Virus record (IMG/VR): IMGVR_UViG_3300022909_000060
Coordinates: 1-36,044 of that record
Strand: one strand, 5' to 3'
Origin: a virus
Taxonomy: Duplodnaviria; Caudoviricetes
Length of the DNA: 36,044 bases
This document shows, piece after piece, positions 8,501 to 16,045 of this stretch. The position numbers were made by a program, and so were the translations under genes. Under the pieces are notes generated by a model. That model was not told where the DNA came from. It made no database searches and worked only from the letters and a program-made list of their open reading frames with translations. Every line of letters begins with the position of its first letter. Position 1 is the stretch's first letter.

Positions 8501-10314
8501 GAGGGTTTATTGATAGAGAAGCAGCTTTAGTTTCCCCAACAATAACTTTAAGCTCTACCGCTATAAATAGTGCAGATTATAGTAAAGTTGTTCCTTACAT
8601 AAGAATTGCAGATACTGGAGCTGCACAAGATGCAGGAAATCTACAAGTAGCTTTTTCTACAACTAGCTCAACTCCCTCAAGCTGGATTACAAGAGATACA
8701 GGAGGTCTTAATAAAGATGGATACTACTATTCTATGGATGCATCGTATAGTAGAACGTCTCAAACGGTTTATATGGGGGTACGAAGAATAAGCGCAGTAA
8801 CTGGAGCTACAACAACTCCAAGCTATGGAAACGTTAGTATTACCTCAAATACTAACTTACTTGATCCAGGAGGAGCGAACTTAAGCGTATATCTTAATAA
8901 CAATAATAATTCTAGCTTTGCAGGATATGTAGGAGATGGTAATAATGAAATTCGTTTATTTAACGGGGATACCGCTACTGAAGTAGTTACTCTAGAAGGC
9001 CTTAGTAATCCAACTGCAGATGTTATTGATGTAAATGACGATTCGCCAAGTTCCTCTTTTTTCTTTACAAACACAACATTTCAAAGTCAGTATGGAATAG
9101 ATATTACTAGTGGTTCAACAGCAGGATCCCCTGTATTAACAGTAGGAGATGAGGTTGGAAATCAATTTTTACCAATTGGAGATACTTCAGATACCATTAA
9201 CTTAATTACTTCTGAACTTCCTGCCGTTGGGAATAGGGTTGACTATGAAGTTTGGAGACGACAGCTTGTTACTAATGGAGGAAGCGGCACAAAACAATAC
9301 CCTAATAATGCAGCATCAGAATCAGAATTTTTTGCACGTCGTTTTGACTTGGCAGATGATACTATTACAGTAACGGGAGTTCGTCAAACTTTAGCAAATA
9401 ATCACTCTACAGATTTAGTTTTAACTATAACAGACGGAAACTCTTCAACTCAGTATCAACTCTATAGTCAAGGTGCAGTATATGATACTAGAGTAGGTAA
9501 CGGAACACTTACAGCAACTAATCCGGGAGAACTGCCAACTGCAGGAAATACTCGAAGTTATAATATTCAGTATCGACAAGACGGTACAGGCGATACTTAT
9601 CAAAATACATCAGGTACCGGCACAAGTTTTACTCTTGGCCGTCTTGCTGCAATGGATTTGGGAACTTTAAGTAACCCTGTTTCCGTAGAAGCAACAACTT
9701 CTAGTGCAGTAATAACACTTTCCGGAGCCGTAGGAAATATAACGGCCTTGCTAACTAAAAATTCTGGAGGCGGTACAGTTCGACTTAGTAAAAATGGACA
9801 AACTTTTGCAAATAGCACTGCGTCAGGAACTTCTATTACAGTGGTAGATGCAGACACTTTACAAATTGTAGCAGAGACACCCTCTAATTATAGTAATACA
9901 ACACAATCAACTTTAACTCTTACTCAGGACAGCGTTACAATTTTTTCAGATACATTTTCTTTTACTACTGAGAGCAGCCCAGGAGGAAGTGCCGGAGGCG
10001 GGGGTGGAACTGGTGATTATGGATTAGAAATAAGAGATTCTTCTGGTAATGTTATAATTACAAATTCTGATAGAGTAGGAGATTTTTGCTATGCTACTAC
10101 AGTAAGTGTGGCCAGCGGAGCATCTACGGGAGTCTCGACGACTCAATCAATCGGAGGAAATGTAGTAATAATTGAAAATAACTTAAATCCCAACAATGAG
10201 GACGACCGAGTTTACGCAACTTTAGAAAACAACGGTAAGCAAGTACGAATTAATATGCTTGGGGTAACGGCAAGCACAAATTTAACATTTAATGTTTTAG
10301 TGTTTAGTGTTTAG
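5566..10314 (+). CDS. large modular tail fibre / receptor-binding-like protein, 1582 aa
   Basis: Thr/Ser/Gly/Asn-rich beta composition, recurring ELPxxGNxxxY modules, C-terminal GDYGLEIRDSSG motif, followed by a fibre chaperone. Confidence 0.7.
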   Translation: MAIVTQIVPTSANNNTGASPETLGTTLELGDTLRLDVEGQASNWTFSQADSFFNSTDVGGTHVSNSTENDSDDTYDIDCDGSYPSGSQTTLNVFKSANSVSPYYVLTVNTQSLDPTITKDLIHNGSSINGFPIYYSPNGNVTFSYTNGGAYTRYRVITTSASSSPSGTVINGRGCGNAVGTSGTIDIEYKATGNELCNIEGSQVSYKVQYRPRNLATTYQDTGTTFTLTHIVSSPGTISVSNAGNSSQTETVTVSCAINPPTDCILEFSTSSSFSSNVVAADANREADFSQTRNTTVTYYARFRNTTTNAVTFGTYPSVSHTVNYLALNDNEISMAVQSASIGPYFSESYVFSYTNGGASAEYRLVSNDTPSFEVDSASGSSGSWSISSSELPPVNTTWTYFVQGQRLSSQGGEPNSWAQTTITGSSNNEITVFRQNYTPPDTTFTASSPTIDWDATSFTTTLTGVQVGDEVRAVLTSNTAVLFENFTTVTSTTFNLVCNNSTVDSTNLPYGTATSVRIQVRRPASADGDGNTSAATTFNVTRNYRVGPFTNVLIDEPSGASATIGAQAYDAYDQGDVEPVRVTGSGVISGATYIGRIISGTTRGGATQGIIYSQVASGTEPNAETTAGGCTLSQLPTPGYTVGDQLTVSGSNINGGTDAVVTVDTVNSSGVITAASVTGTASNTDTFSGVTGSVIQGSGTNPPNFTVTLSNNTYSSVVIQTPNTSANFAVNDKIKILGSQFGGVDVTNDLILKVTQVTFGKIQAVVVDSGVAPDVDLLFTNVSYTTGSLDSTATINIRVQGTSYSVVITSGGAGNTCGYRITCIVPTSLGGDGTTEHECQDNASNQTEFTITRSAYVQPDTTTNQMTITGTGVVSDGFQEWLIANNNTTTNPSLGVTGTETNQKYRINNGYVPNNASEVLYYSFGTGNSSLSATITNSDIVTGTGINYFLYTQVPEVEDGQDDSVWSVVTTNGSTLVRGFIDREAALVSPTITLSSTAINSADYSKVVPYIRIADTGAAQDAGNLQVAFSTTSSTPSSWITRDTGGLNKDGYYYSMDASYSRTSQTVYMGVRRISAVTGATTTPSYGNVSITSNTNLLDPGGANLSVYLNNNNNSSFAGYVGDGNNEIRLFNGDTATEVVTLEGLSNPTADVIDVNDDSPSSSFFFTNTTFQSQYGIDITSGSTAGSPVLTVGDEVGNQFLPIGDTSDTINLITSELPAVGNRVDYEVWRRQLVTNGGSGTKQYPNNAASESEFFARRFDLADDTITVTGVRQTLANNHSTDLVLTITDGNSSTQYQLYSQGAVYDTRVGNGTLTATNPGELPTAGNTRSYNIQYRQDGTGDTYQNTSGTGTSFTLGRLAAMDLGTLSNPVSVEATTSSAVITLSGAVGNITALLTKNSGGGTVRLSKNGQTFANSTASGTSITVVDADTLQIVAETPSNYSNTTQSTLTLTQDSVTIFSDTFSFTTESSPGGSAGGGGGTGDYGLEIRDSSGNVIITNSDRVGDFCYATTVSVASGASTGVSTTQSIGGNVVIIENNLNPNNEDDRVYATLENNGKQVRINMLGVTASTNLTFNVLVFSV
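5995..6641 (+). repeat. 20-nt exact direct repeat within the fibre gene (5995-6014 and 6622-6641)
   Basis: AGTTATACAAATGGAGGAGC occurs twice, in frame, 627 nt apart (SYTNGGA). Confidence 0.85.
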
Positions 10315-10324
10315 GAACTAAGTT

Positions 10325-11029
10325 ATGGGATATGGATTAAAAGTTTTAAGTGCGGGCGGGTATACCCAAATTAATACCGATACTACAACTAAAAATACAT
10401 ACCAAATAAAAGCAACTGGAACTACAACTTCTTTAGCCCAGTCTGGCGGGGACTGGATGACAAAATTAGTATCAACAGGAGTCTCAGATAGTAATGCTTT
10501 ATTTTTTGTAAGGCCTCAGTCTCGAACAGGAGACCCTATGTGTTATGCTTATAAAGCTTCCTCTGGCAATTGGGGCCTCACAGCAGATGGAGCGTATGAC
10601 TGGGATTGGGCAGTATTTGTTCCTGCAACTTCGATTGGAAATGCTCCATCAACAGGAGAATACGGCTTAGTCGTATATGATTCTTCTGGAGATATTGATC
10701 CTGAGAATATAATTTTTAATGGATTTGACACAAAAGCTATGAGAATTCAAAATGTACTGACAGGAAGTGCTACTGCAGATCCAGGAAGCACTGGGTATGA
10801 TTGGTATGCTATGCAGCAGCAAAAGCATCAAAGAGTTCGTCCAGCAGGAGCAATCACACCTGGTTTTGTAAAAACTTGGGTTACTCAATTTAATAATGAT
10901 ACAAATAAAACAATTTCTCAAACTGTAGCTGAAACCGCAACTTTTTCAGCAATAGGAGGCACAGAAGAGGACCCAATAGAACAAGTAGGAATTTTAGGGG
11001 ACCCTACAACTTTAATAGTGGAGATATAA
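10325..11029 (+). CDS. tail-fibre/tip-associated protein
   Basis: Two YGL motifs (MGYGLKV; GEYGLVVYDSSG) matching the C-terminus of the preceding protein. Confidence 0.6.
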   Translation: MGYGLKVLSAGGYTQINTDTTTKNTYQIKATGTTTSLAQSGGDWMTKLVSTGVSDSNALFFVRPQSRTGDPMCYAYKASSGNWGLTADGAYDWDWAVFVPATSIGNAPSTGEYGLVVYDSSGDIDPENIIFNGFDTKAMRIQNVLTGSATADPGSTGYDWYAMQQQKHQRVRPAGAITPGFVKTWVTQFNNDTNKTISQTVAETATFSAIGGTEEDPIEQVGILGDPTTLIVEI

Positions 11030-11494
11030 ATGAAAACATTTGCAATTACAGATAAAATAACAGGTCTTGTCGAAGGCGTAGTATCTCCTGCAAGAGATGA
11101 TATACTAGTAGATGAACAGTCGTGTCCTTTTAATACTAATGCGCTATATAGAGAAGTGCCCGAAGATTTATGGCAAACTTTTGATATGAACACCTATTGG
11201 TGGAATAGAGATATGTGGAGAGTTCGTCCTCATGCTCCTTCTAAGCATCATGAGTGGAATGTCGAACAAGTTATCTGGGAAATTAACTCGGAATCTCTCT
11301 GGACAGAGATTCGTAAATTAAGAAATACATACCTTACTCAGTCTGATTGGACTCAAATGCCAGATGCCCCACTTACAGAAACTCAAAAAGCAGAGTGGCT
11401 ATCTTATCGTCAAGCTCTACGAGATATTCCTGCTAATAATCCAAATGTAGAATTTGTAGCTGAGGTCAACTGGCCTACACCGCCCACCACATAG
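11030..11494 (+). CDS. tail fibre assembly chaperone
   Basis: IRKLRNTYLTQSDWTQMPDAPL...W.SYRQALRDIP...WPTPP signature; GGAG SD. Confidence 0.85.
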   Translation: MKTFAITDKITGLVEGVVSPARDDILVDEQSCPFNTNALYREVPEDLWQTFDMNTYWWNRDMWRVRPHAPSKHHEWNVEQVIWEINSESLWTEIRKLRNTYLTQSDWTQMPDAPLTETQKAEWLSYRQALRDIPANNPNVEFVAEVNWPTPPTT

Positions 11495-11505
11495 AAATTT
11501 AACCC

Positions 11506-11534
11506 TTGACAAATTATCTCTATCTGAGTATAAT
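11506..11534 (+). promoter_or_regulatory. consensus sigma70 promoter; predicted +1 coincides with the terS ATG
   Basis: TTGACA-17 nt-TATAAT, then 6 nt, then ATG at 11541. Confidence 0.9.
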
Positions 11535-11540
11535 TAGAAC

Positions 11541-12005
11541 ATGACTAAAGAAGTAACAACCATATCGCCGGAAGGACTCGAAGTTGCCAATTGTTATTTG
11601 CAGTATGGCAACATTCGTGCTGTATGCGAATACATGGGCGTTCCAGAAAATAAAGTAGTCGAAGTTTTAAATAAACGAGAAGTAAAAAAGTATATTGATA
11701 CTGTTTACTTGGATATGGGCTATCGTAATAAGAATAATATTGCGACTGTTCTAGACGAAATGATACAAAGCAAACTGGAAGAAGCTCAGGAAACTGGCGT
11801 TTACTCTTCAAAGGATCTTGCTGACCTACTTCAAATGGCACATAAAATGAGAATGGATGAGATTAAAGCTCAAGCAGACTTATTGAAAGTTGAAAGTACA
11901 AATATTCGTAATCAAACAAATGTTCAGATTAACGATACTGCGCTACCTTTTGGACAAGGCAACTATGGCAAGCTCATGGAAAAGTTGTTAAATGGAAACG
12001 GGTGA
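11541..12005 (+). CDS. terS: terminase small subunit, T5-like
   Basis: ISPEGLEVANCYL, HTH-like segment, SSKDLADLL..HKMRMDE; lies upstream of terL. Confidence 0.8.
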   Translation: MTKEVTTISPEGLEVANCYLQYGNIRAVCEYMGVPENKVVEVLNKREVKKYIDTVYLDMGYRNKNNIATVLDEMIQSKLEEAQETGVYSSKDLADLLQMAHKMRMDEIKAQADLLKVESTNIRNQTNVQINDTALPFGQGNYGKLMEKLLNGNG

Positions 12006-12210
12006 TAAAAATAAACTTATTCAGCTTGAGCGAGAACTAGCTTCACATGAAATACAATGTGAAGAACGTTGGAAAACTACTTTTAATCGTCTTGAAGATA
12101 TTGAAAGCGGAATAAAACGAATTGAAAGCAGAATTATACTAGCCGGAGGAAGTATTATAGTTTTTCTGGCAGGAGTCATAGGTTCGCTATTGACTAAGGG
12201 TGGATTATGA
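11992..12210 (+). CDS. XhlA/holin-like small membrane protein
   Basis: HE..CEERW coiled coil followed by a single C-terminal TM helix. Confidence 0.55.
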   Translation: METGDKNKLIQLERELASHEIQCEERWKTTFNRLEDIESGIKRIESRIILAGGSIIVFLAGVIGSLLTKGGL

Positions 12211-12449
12211 TTTTTGAAAAACGCGGACGTTGGTGTTACCGAGATCCAAAGGGAAAGCTACATAAGTTTTCTTCTGAAGAAGCAGCACGCGAGTATGCAG
12301 GAGAGCAGCCTGCTCCTGTACAAAACTTTCATGAGGCTATAGAAACTCCTGTTATTACGGAGGAAAATTTCTCTGAGTCTTTTGAAGATGAGAATCCAGT
12401 CACTGAAAATGGCCAAGACTGGAAAGATTGGTCTCCGGGAGAGATGTAA
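12207..12449 (+). CDS. hypothetical protein, 80 aa, acidic C-terminus
   Basis: ATGA-coupled ORF. Confidence 0.65.
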   Translation: MIFEKRGRWCYRDPKGKLHKFSSEEAAREYAGEQPAPVQNFHEAIETPVITEENFSESFEDENPVTENGQDWKDWSPGEM

Positions 12450-12520
12450 TGTGGACTAAACCCAGCGCAATTGATATGCGATTCGGTTTCGAAGTTACGA
12501 TGTACGTAGCTAGGAGTTAA
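12449..12520 (+). CDS. pqqA: PQQ precursor peptide PqqA (MWTKPSAIDMRFGFEVTMYVARS)
   Basis: 23 aa with WTKP and RFGFEVTMY, including the E-x-x-x-Y pair; TAATG coupling and upstream GGAG; missed by the ORF track. Confidence 0.92.
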   Translation: MWTKPSAIDMRFGFEVTMYVARS

Positions 12521-12522
12521 AC

Positions 12523-12696
12523 ATGCCAGCAGGAAAAGGAACTTATGGAAAGCGTCGTGGACGTCCTTCAAAGAAAAAGCCCATGAAAGGAAAAAAGAAA
12601 AAGTCAATGGGACTGACCGCAGCACAGAAAAAGCTACCGATGGCTCTTCAAAAGGCCATAATGAAGAAGAAGCGTGGCGGCAAGAAAAAGAAGTAA
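12523..12696 (+). CDS. very basic 57-aa protein with an AT-hook-like RRGRPSK motif
   Basis: AGGAG SD at 12512-12516; 24/57 residues K/R and no D/E; missed by the track. Confidence 0.75.
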   Translation: MPAGKGTYGKRRGRPSKKKPMKGKKKKSMGLTAAQKKLPMALQKAIMKKKRGGKKKK

Positions 12697-12862
12697 GGGC
12701 AGAGCGGCGAAAAAGAGACCCGTGCCTACAAACAAAAAGTTGTACGCACGAGTAAAGGCACAAGCCAAACGTAAATTTAAAGTTTACCCTTCGGCTTATG
12801 CAAATGGTTGGCTTGTAAAAACTTACAAAGCGCAAGGCGGTAAATACCGCATGGGAAAATAG
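12674..12862 (+). CDS. small basic protein
   Basis: P.NKKLYARVK..AK.KF..YPSAYA..W....YK..GG.Y pattern; K/R-rich. Confidence 0.75.
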   Translation: MAARKRSKGRAAKKRPVPTNKKLYARVKAQAKRKFKVYPSAYANGWLVKTYKAQGGKYRMGK

Positions 12863-12863
12863 T

Positions 12864-12941
12864 ATGGAATTTGTAATTGGAGTTGTACTCGGTGCAGCAG
12901 CTCATTGGGCTTGGGTAAAGTGGGGCCCTGTTCGTGGCTAA
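12864..12941 (+). CDS. 25-aa membrane microprotein (MEFVIGVVLGAAAHWAWVKWGPVRG)
   Basis: Exactly fills the gap between two ORFs; hydrophobic and Trp-rich. Confidence 0.55.
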   Translation: MEFVIGVVLGAAAHWAWVKWGPVRG

Positions 12942-13221
12942 ACCACGAGGTGGTCTAACTAAATGGTTTAAAGAAAAATGGGTAGATATCTCTCGTCCAA
13001 AAAAGGGCGGGGGATATATGCCTTGTGGTCGTAAGACTTCTAAGAAAGGTAAGTATCCAAAATGTGTTCCAGCTTCTAAAGCAGCACGCATGACACCAGC
13101 ACAAAGAAAGTCTGCAATTCGTAGAAAAAGAGCAGCCGGTAATCCCGGAGGCAAGCCGACTATGGTAAAGACATTTACCAAGCGAAAAGCGAGAATGAGG
13201 CGTGCCCGTAAGAAAGGTTAA
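12934..13221 (+). CDS. small basic protein (DUF5872-like)
   Basis: GLTKWFKEKWVD...CGR...YPKC.P..KA..MT pattern; K/R-rich. Confidence 0.7.
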   Translation: MAKPRGGLTKWFKEKWVDISRPKKGGGYMPCGRKTSKKGKYPKCVPASKAARMTPAQRKSAIRRKRAAGNPGGKPTMVKTFTKRKARMRRARKKG

Positions 13222-13345
13222 AGGCGGATATAAGTGGGGTAAGTCTGGAAAGGTTTACAAAACTCGTAAAGCAGCTTTAAAGCAAGCCAGAGCAATTTAT
13301 GCTTCTGGATATGGAAAAAAGCGTGGCCGTAAAAAGAAAAGGTAG
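13202..13345 (+). CDS. 47-aa basic protein (MPVRKVKGGYKWGKSGKVY...KQARAIYASGY...)
   Basis: GTG start; overlaps both neighbours; missed by the track. Confidence 0.65.
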   Translation: MPVRKVKGGYKWGKSGKVYKTRKAALKQARAIYASGYGKKRGRKKKR

Positions 13346-13628
13346 AAAGAAGGATCCTCGGTTAGCACGTGCTAAGGTAAAGGGGTATAACAAACCAAAA
13401 CGTACTCCAGGCCACCCGAAGAAGTCCCACATCGTCGTAGCAAAGGTAGGTGATAAAGTCAAAACGATTCGATTTGGGCAGCAAGGCGCAAAAACAGCGG
13501 GTAAGCCAAAGAAAGGGGAAAGCACTGCAATGAAGAAAAAGCGTGCGTCTTTTAAAGCTCGTCATCGCAGAAACATTGCAAAGGGCAAAATGAGCGCAGC
13601 TTATTGGGCAGATAAGGTGAAGTGGTGA
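13323..13628 (+). CDS. small basic protein (IRFGQQG...SFKARH...SAAYWA.K.KW)
   Basis: Track ORF 13299-13628; start moved to GTG 13323 to match the local overlap pattern. Confidence 0.75.
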   Translation: MAVKRKGRKKDPRLARAKVKGYNKPKRTPGHPKKSHIVVAKVGDKVKTIRFGQQGAKTAGKPKKGESTAMKKKRASFKARHRRNIAKGKMSAAYWADKVKW

Positions 13629-14398
13629 ACAAAACTTATACAATAAGATCTGAAGATATTTTTAGTCCTATACAGGTAGTAACACTTGCCGATAAAAATG
13701 GAAACTTAATATCTAGTTTTGGCACAGCATCTAACATTACTATTGCTGCCGGAAATGTAGAAGGTTACTCTCATATAAATAAGTTTGGATATCGAAGTAC
13801 AATTCCAAATAGTTTTCAAACAATTTGGGATGGTACTACAGACTATACTTATAGATCCGCAGCAGTAGTTTCTGTAATTTCTGACACTCCTCTTTCTGAT
13901 GACGGCGGAACTGTAGAAGTACAAGGGCTAGATGAAAATTATGTTCCTGCAACAGAAACATTAACAATTGGAGGTTCTGCATCTAGTACTCAATTTGTTC
14001 GGGTATTTCGAGCCTTAATGCTTACGGCAAATACTGGTACTACGAATGTAGACGATATACGAGTACAGAACGGTAGTGATGATGTAGCAATTATTAAAGC
14101 AGGAGCAGGCCAAACTCTTATGTGTGTTTACACAATTCCTGCAGGCAAAACCGGTTATTTACTTAAAATAAACGGATCGATAGATGCAAATAATGATGCT
14201 CTTTTTAGACTTTATGCTAGATCTTTTGGAGGAGCATTTAATGTAAAAGGACAGTTTGGAGTATTTGCTTCTGGGTTTAATTATGACTATCCTGTACCTT
14301 TAGAATTTGGCGAAAAGACTGATATAGAAGTCAAAGCTCTTTCACAGAATAATGTCGGTGGCGGTGCCATATTTGATCTTATTCTGGTAGACAATTAA
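13622..14398 (+). CDS. hypothetical beta-rich protein, possibly virion structural
   Basis: 258 aa, INKFGY..TIW..V.GLD.NY pattern, no signal peptide. Confidence 0.6.
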   Translation: MVNKTYTIRSEDIFSPIQVVTLADKNGNLISSFGTASNITIAAGNVEGYSHINKFGYRSTIPNSFQTIWDGTTDYTYRSAAVVSVISDTPLSDDGGTVEVQGLDENYVPATETLTIGGSASSTQFVRVFRALMLTANTGTTNVDDIRVQNGSDDVAIIKAGAGQTLMCVYTIPAGKTGYLLKINGSIDANNDALFRLYARSFGGAFNVKGQFGVFASGFNYDYPVPLEFGEKTDIEVKALSQNNVGGGAIFDLILVDN

Positions 14399-14406
14399 TA
14401 TATCGT

Positions 14407-14733
14407 ATGGAAGAAGAAATGAAAGAAAAGGGGTTTCATCCAGCAGATACAAATGGAGATGGTAAAGTATCTCCCGAAGAGCATAAAATGTATATGGAGT
14501 TTAAGCGTAAAGAGCTAGAAGATGCAGATGCAATGCGAGATGCTCAACGTAATATGACTTGGTTTGCTTTATTCGGAATGTTATTGTACCCAGCTTTGGT
14601 TTTAGGAGCAGATTTTATAAATTTAGACAAGTCAGCAGATATACTAGGAGATATGGCACCGACCTACTTTGTAGCGGTTGCAGGCTTGGTAGCAGCGTTC
14701 TTCGGCGCACAGGCGTACCAAAAAGGAAAATAA
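14407..14733 (+). CDS. holin-like two-TM protein with an N-terminal EF-hand-like loop
   Basis: DTNGDGKVSPEE loop, two TM helices, basic C-terminus, upstream of spanin-like genes. Confidence 0.6.
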   Translation: MEEEMKEKGFHPADTNGDGKVSPEEHKMYMEFKRKELEDADAMRDAQRNMTWFALFGMLLYPALVLGADFINLDKSADILGDMAPTYFVAVAGLVAAFFGAQAYQKGK

Positions 14734-15020
14734 TGTGGAGGATGTTGCCACTCATACTATTAAGTAGTTGTGTGGCGGTTTCTCCTAACTTGGAAAGACA
14801 TATAGATCCTAATTCAGAGCAAATATTTTATACTTTTGAATTAGGAATATCTTACCCAAAAAAGAAATTTATGACCCCAGAAGAATGGGAGGAGTACAAC
14901 TCCGTACCAGATAGCCAGAAGGATGCTCTGTATGAAGAGTACAAAAATAGGGAAGAAGTTGAAAAAGATTGGGATAATTTTATTGACAATTGTCTTTTGG
15001 CCCTTACGCTCGATTGTTAA
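14733..15020 (+). CDS. lipoprotein
   Basis: MWRMLPLILLSS-C lipobox; TAATG coupling and AAGGA SD (track start 14559 is too far upstream). Confidence 0.65.
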   Translation: MWRMLPLILLSSCVAVSPNLERHIDPNSEQIFYTFELGISYPKKKFMTPEEWEEYNSVPDSQKDALYEEYKNREEVEKDWDNFIDNCLLALTLDC

Positions 15021-15201
15021 TCTTTTTTTAAACGAGTGGGAAGTTATTATCTGGTATGAGCCTTCGAAAAAAACGTCCTACCAGTTTAAATGGTTAGAGA
15101 AATGCGAAGCAACTCACATAAAAGGCAGACTTGTGTCCGGGGAACCTTTTGAGTTACGAACTCAAGATGCTTTTAATTTTCAAATTAAAAAGGTAAAATA
15201 A
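14923..15201 (+). CDS. hypothetical membrane-anchored protein
   Basis: Basic N-terminus plus TM helix; the start may be 14932. Confidence 0.6.
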   Translation: MLCMKSTKIGKKLKKIGIILLTIVFWPLRSIVNLFLNEWEVIIWYEPSKKTSYQFKWLEKCEATHIKGRLVSGEPFELRTQDAFNFQIKKVK

Positions 15202-15202
15202 G

Positions 15203-15625
15203 ATGTTCGGAATGTTAAAAATGCTTCCTTTAGTACTAGCAATAGCTGGAGCAGGGTATGCTTACCATACTACAAAAGTAAGTCAACTAGAGGCTGCTGT
15301 AGCAAAACTAGAAAGAGATAAAGTAATTCTACAAGAAAATGCAATTCGACTAGAAGCGGGGTGGGAAAGAGAAGTAGCGGCCCGAGAGCAGATAGAAGCA
15401 AATCTTGAAAAACAGATAAAAGTAGTAGGAGAACTTACTGAAAAGAATACTGCAATGCAGGCTGAAATGGATGATTATCTGTCAATTTTTAAGCGGCATA
15501 ATCTGACAAAGTTAGCACGAGCCAAACCTGGATTGATAGAGCCTCGTATTAACAATGGTACTGCAGAAGTATTCAGAGCAATAGAAGAAGCGAGTAAAGA
15601 GGTTGAAAATGCGGATTCTTTATAG
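15203..15625 (+). CDS. inner-membrane spanin (Rz-like)
   Basis: N-terminal TM plus long coiled coil; overlaps a downstream lipoprotein gene. Confidence 0.7.
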   Translation: MFGMLKMLPLVLAIAGAGYAYHTTKVSQLEAAVAKLERDKVILQENAIRLEAGWEREVAAREQIEANLEKQIKVVGELTEKNTAMQAEMDDYLSIFKRHNLTKLARAKPGLIEPRINNGTAEVFRAIEEASKEVENADSL

Positions 15626-16040
15626 TTTATTATTGATTTTAACAGTAGCGGGTTGTTCAAGTTTTACTCCGTCTTTGCCAGAACCAGAAGTGCGAATTAA
15701 AACTGTTACGGAGTTTCGCACTTTAGACATATATCAACCTCCTCTGCCAAAAGAAATTGGTTTACAAGATGTAGAATTTTTTGTAGTTACAGAAAAGAAT
15801 TTTGAAGAACAAGTAAAAAGGCTGCAAAAAATTCAAGATGGCACATACGTACTCTTTGGTCTGACTCCACAAGACTACGAAAATATGGCATATAATTTAC
15901 AAGAACTTCGTAGATATATACGTCAACAAAAAGAAATAATTATCTATTACCGTAAAGCTACACAAAGTGACGAAGGTACTGATTCACAAGATTGGATAGA
16001 AAGAAACCAAGAAGTTCTTGAAGATCAACAATCTGAGTAA
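15609..16040 (+). CDS. outer-membrane spanin lipoprotein (Rz1-like)
   Basis: MRILYSLLLILTVAG-C lipobox, Pro-rich segment, GAGG SD. Confidence 0.7.
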   Translation: MRILYSLLLILTVAGCSSFTPSLPEPEVRIKTVTEFRTLDIYQPPLPKEIGLQDVEFFVVTEKNFEEQVKRLQKIQDGTYVLFGLTPQDYENMAYNLQELRRYIRQQKEIIIYYRKATQSDEGTDSQDWIERNQEVLEDQQSE

Positions 16041-16045
16041 TTTAT

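Noticed and set aside
14559-14732. Track N-terminal extension of the lipoprotein; likewise the TTG start at 17373 for the HNH gene
   Set aside because: It overlaps the holin-like gene and buries the signal peptide; 17373 is the -35 box
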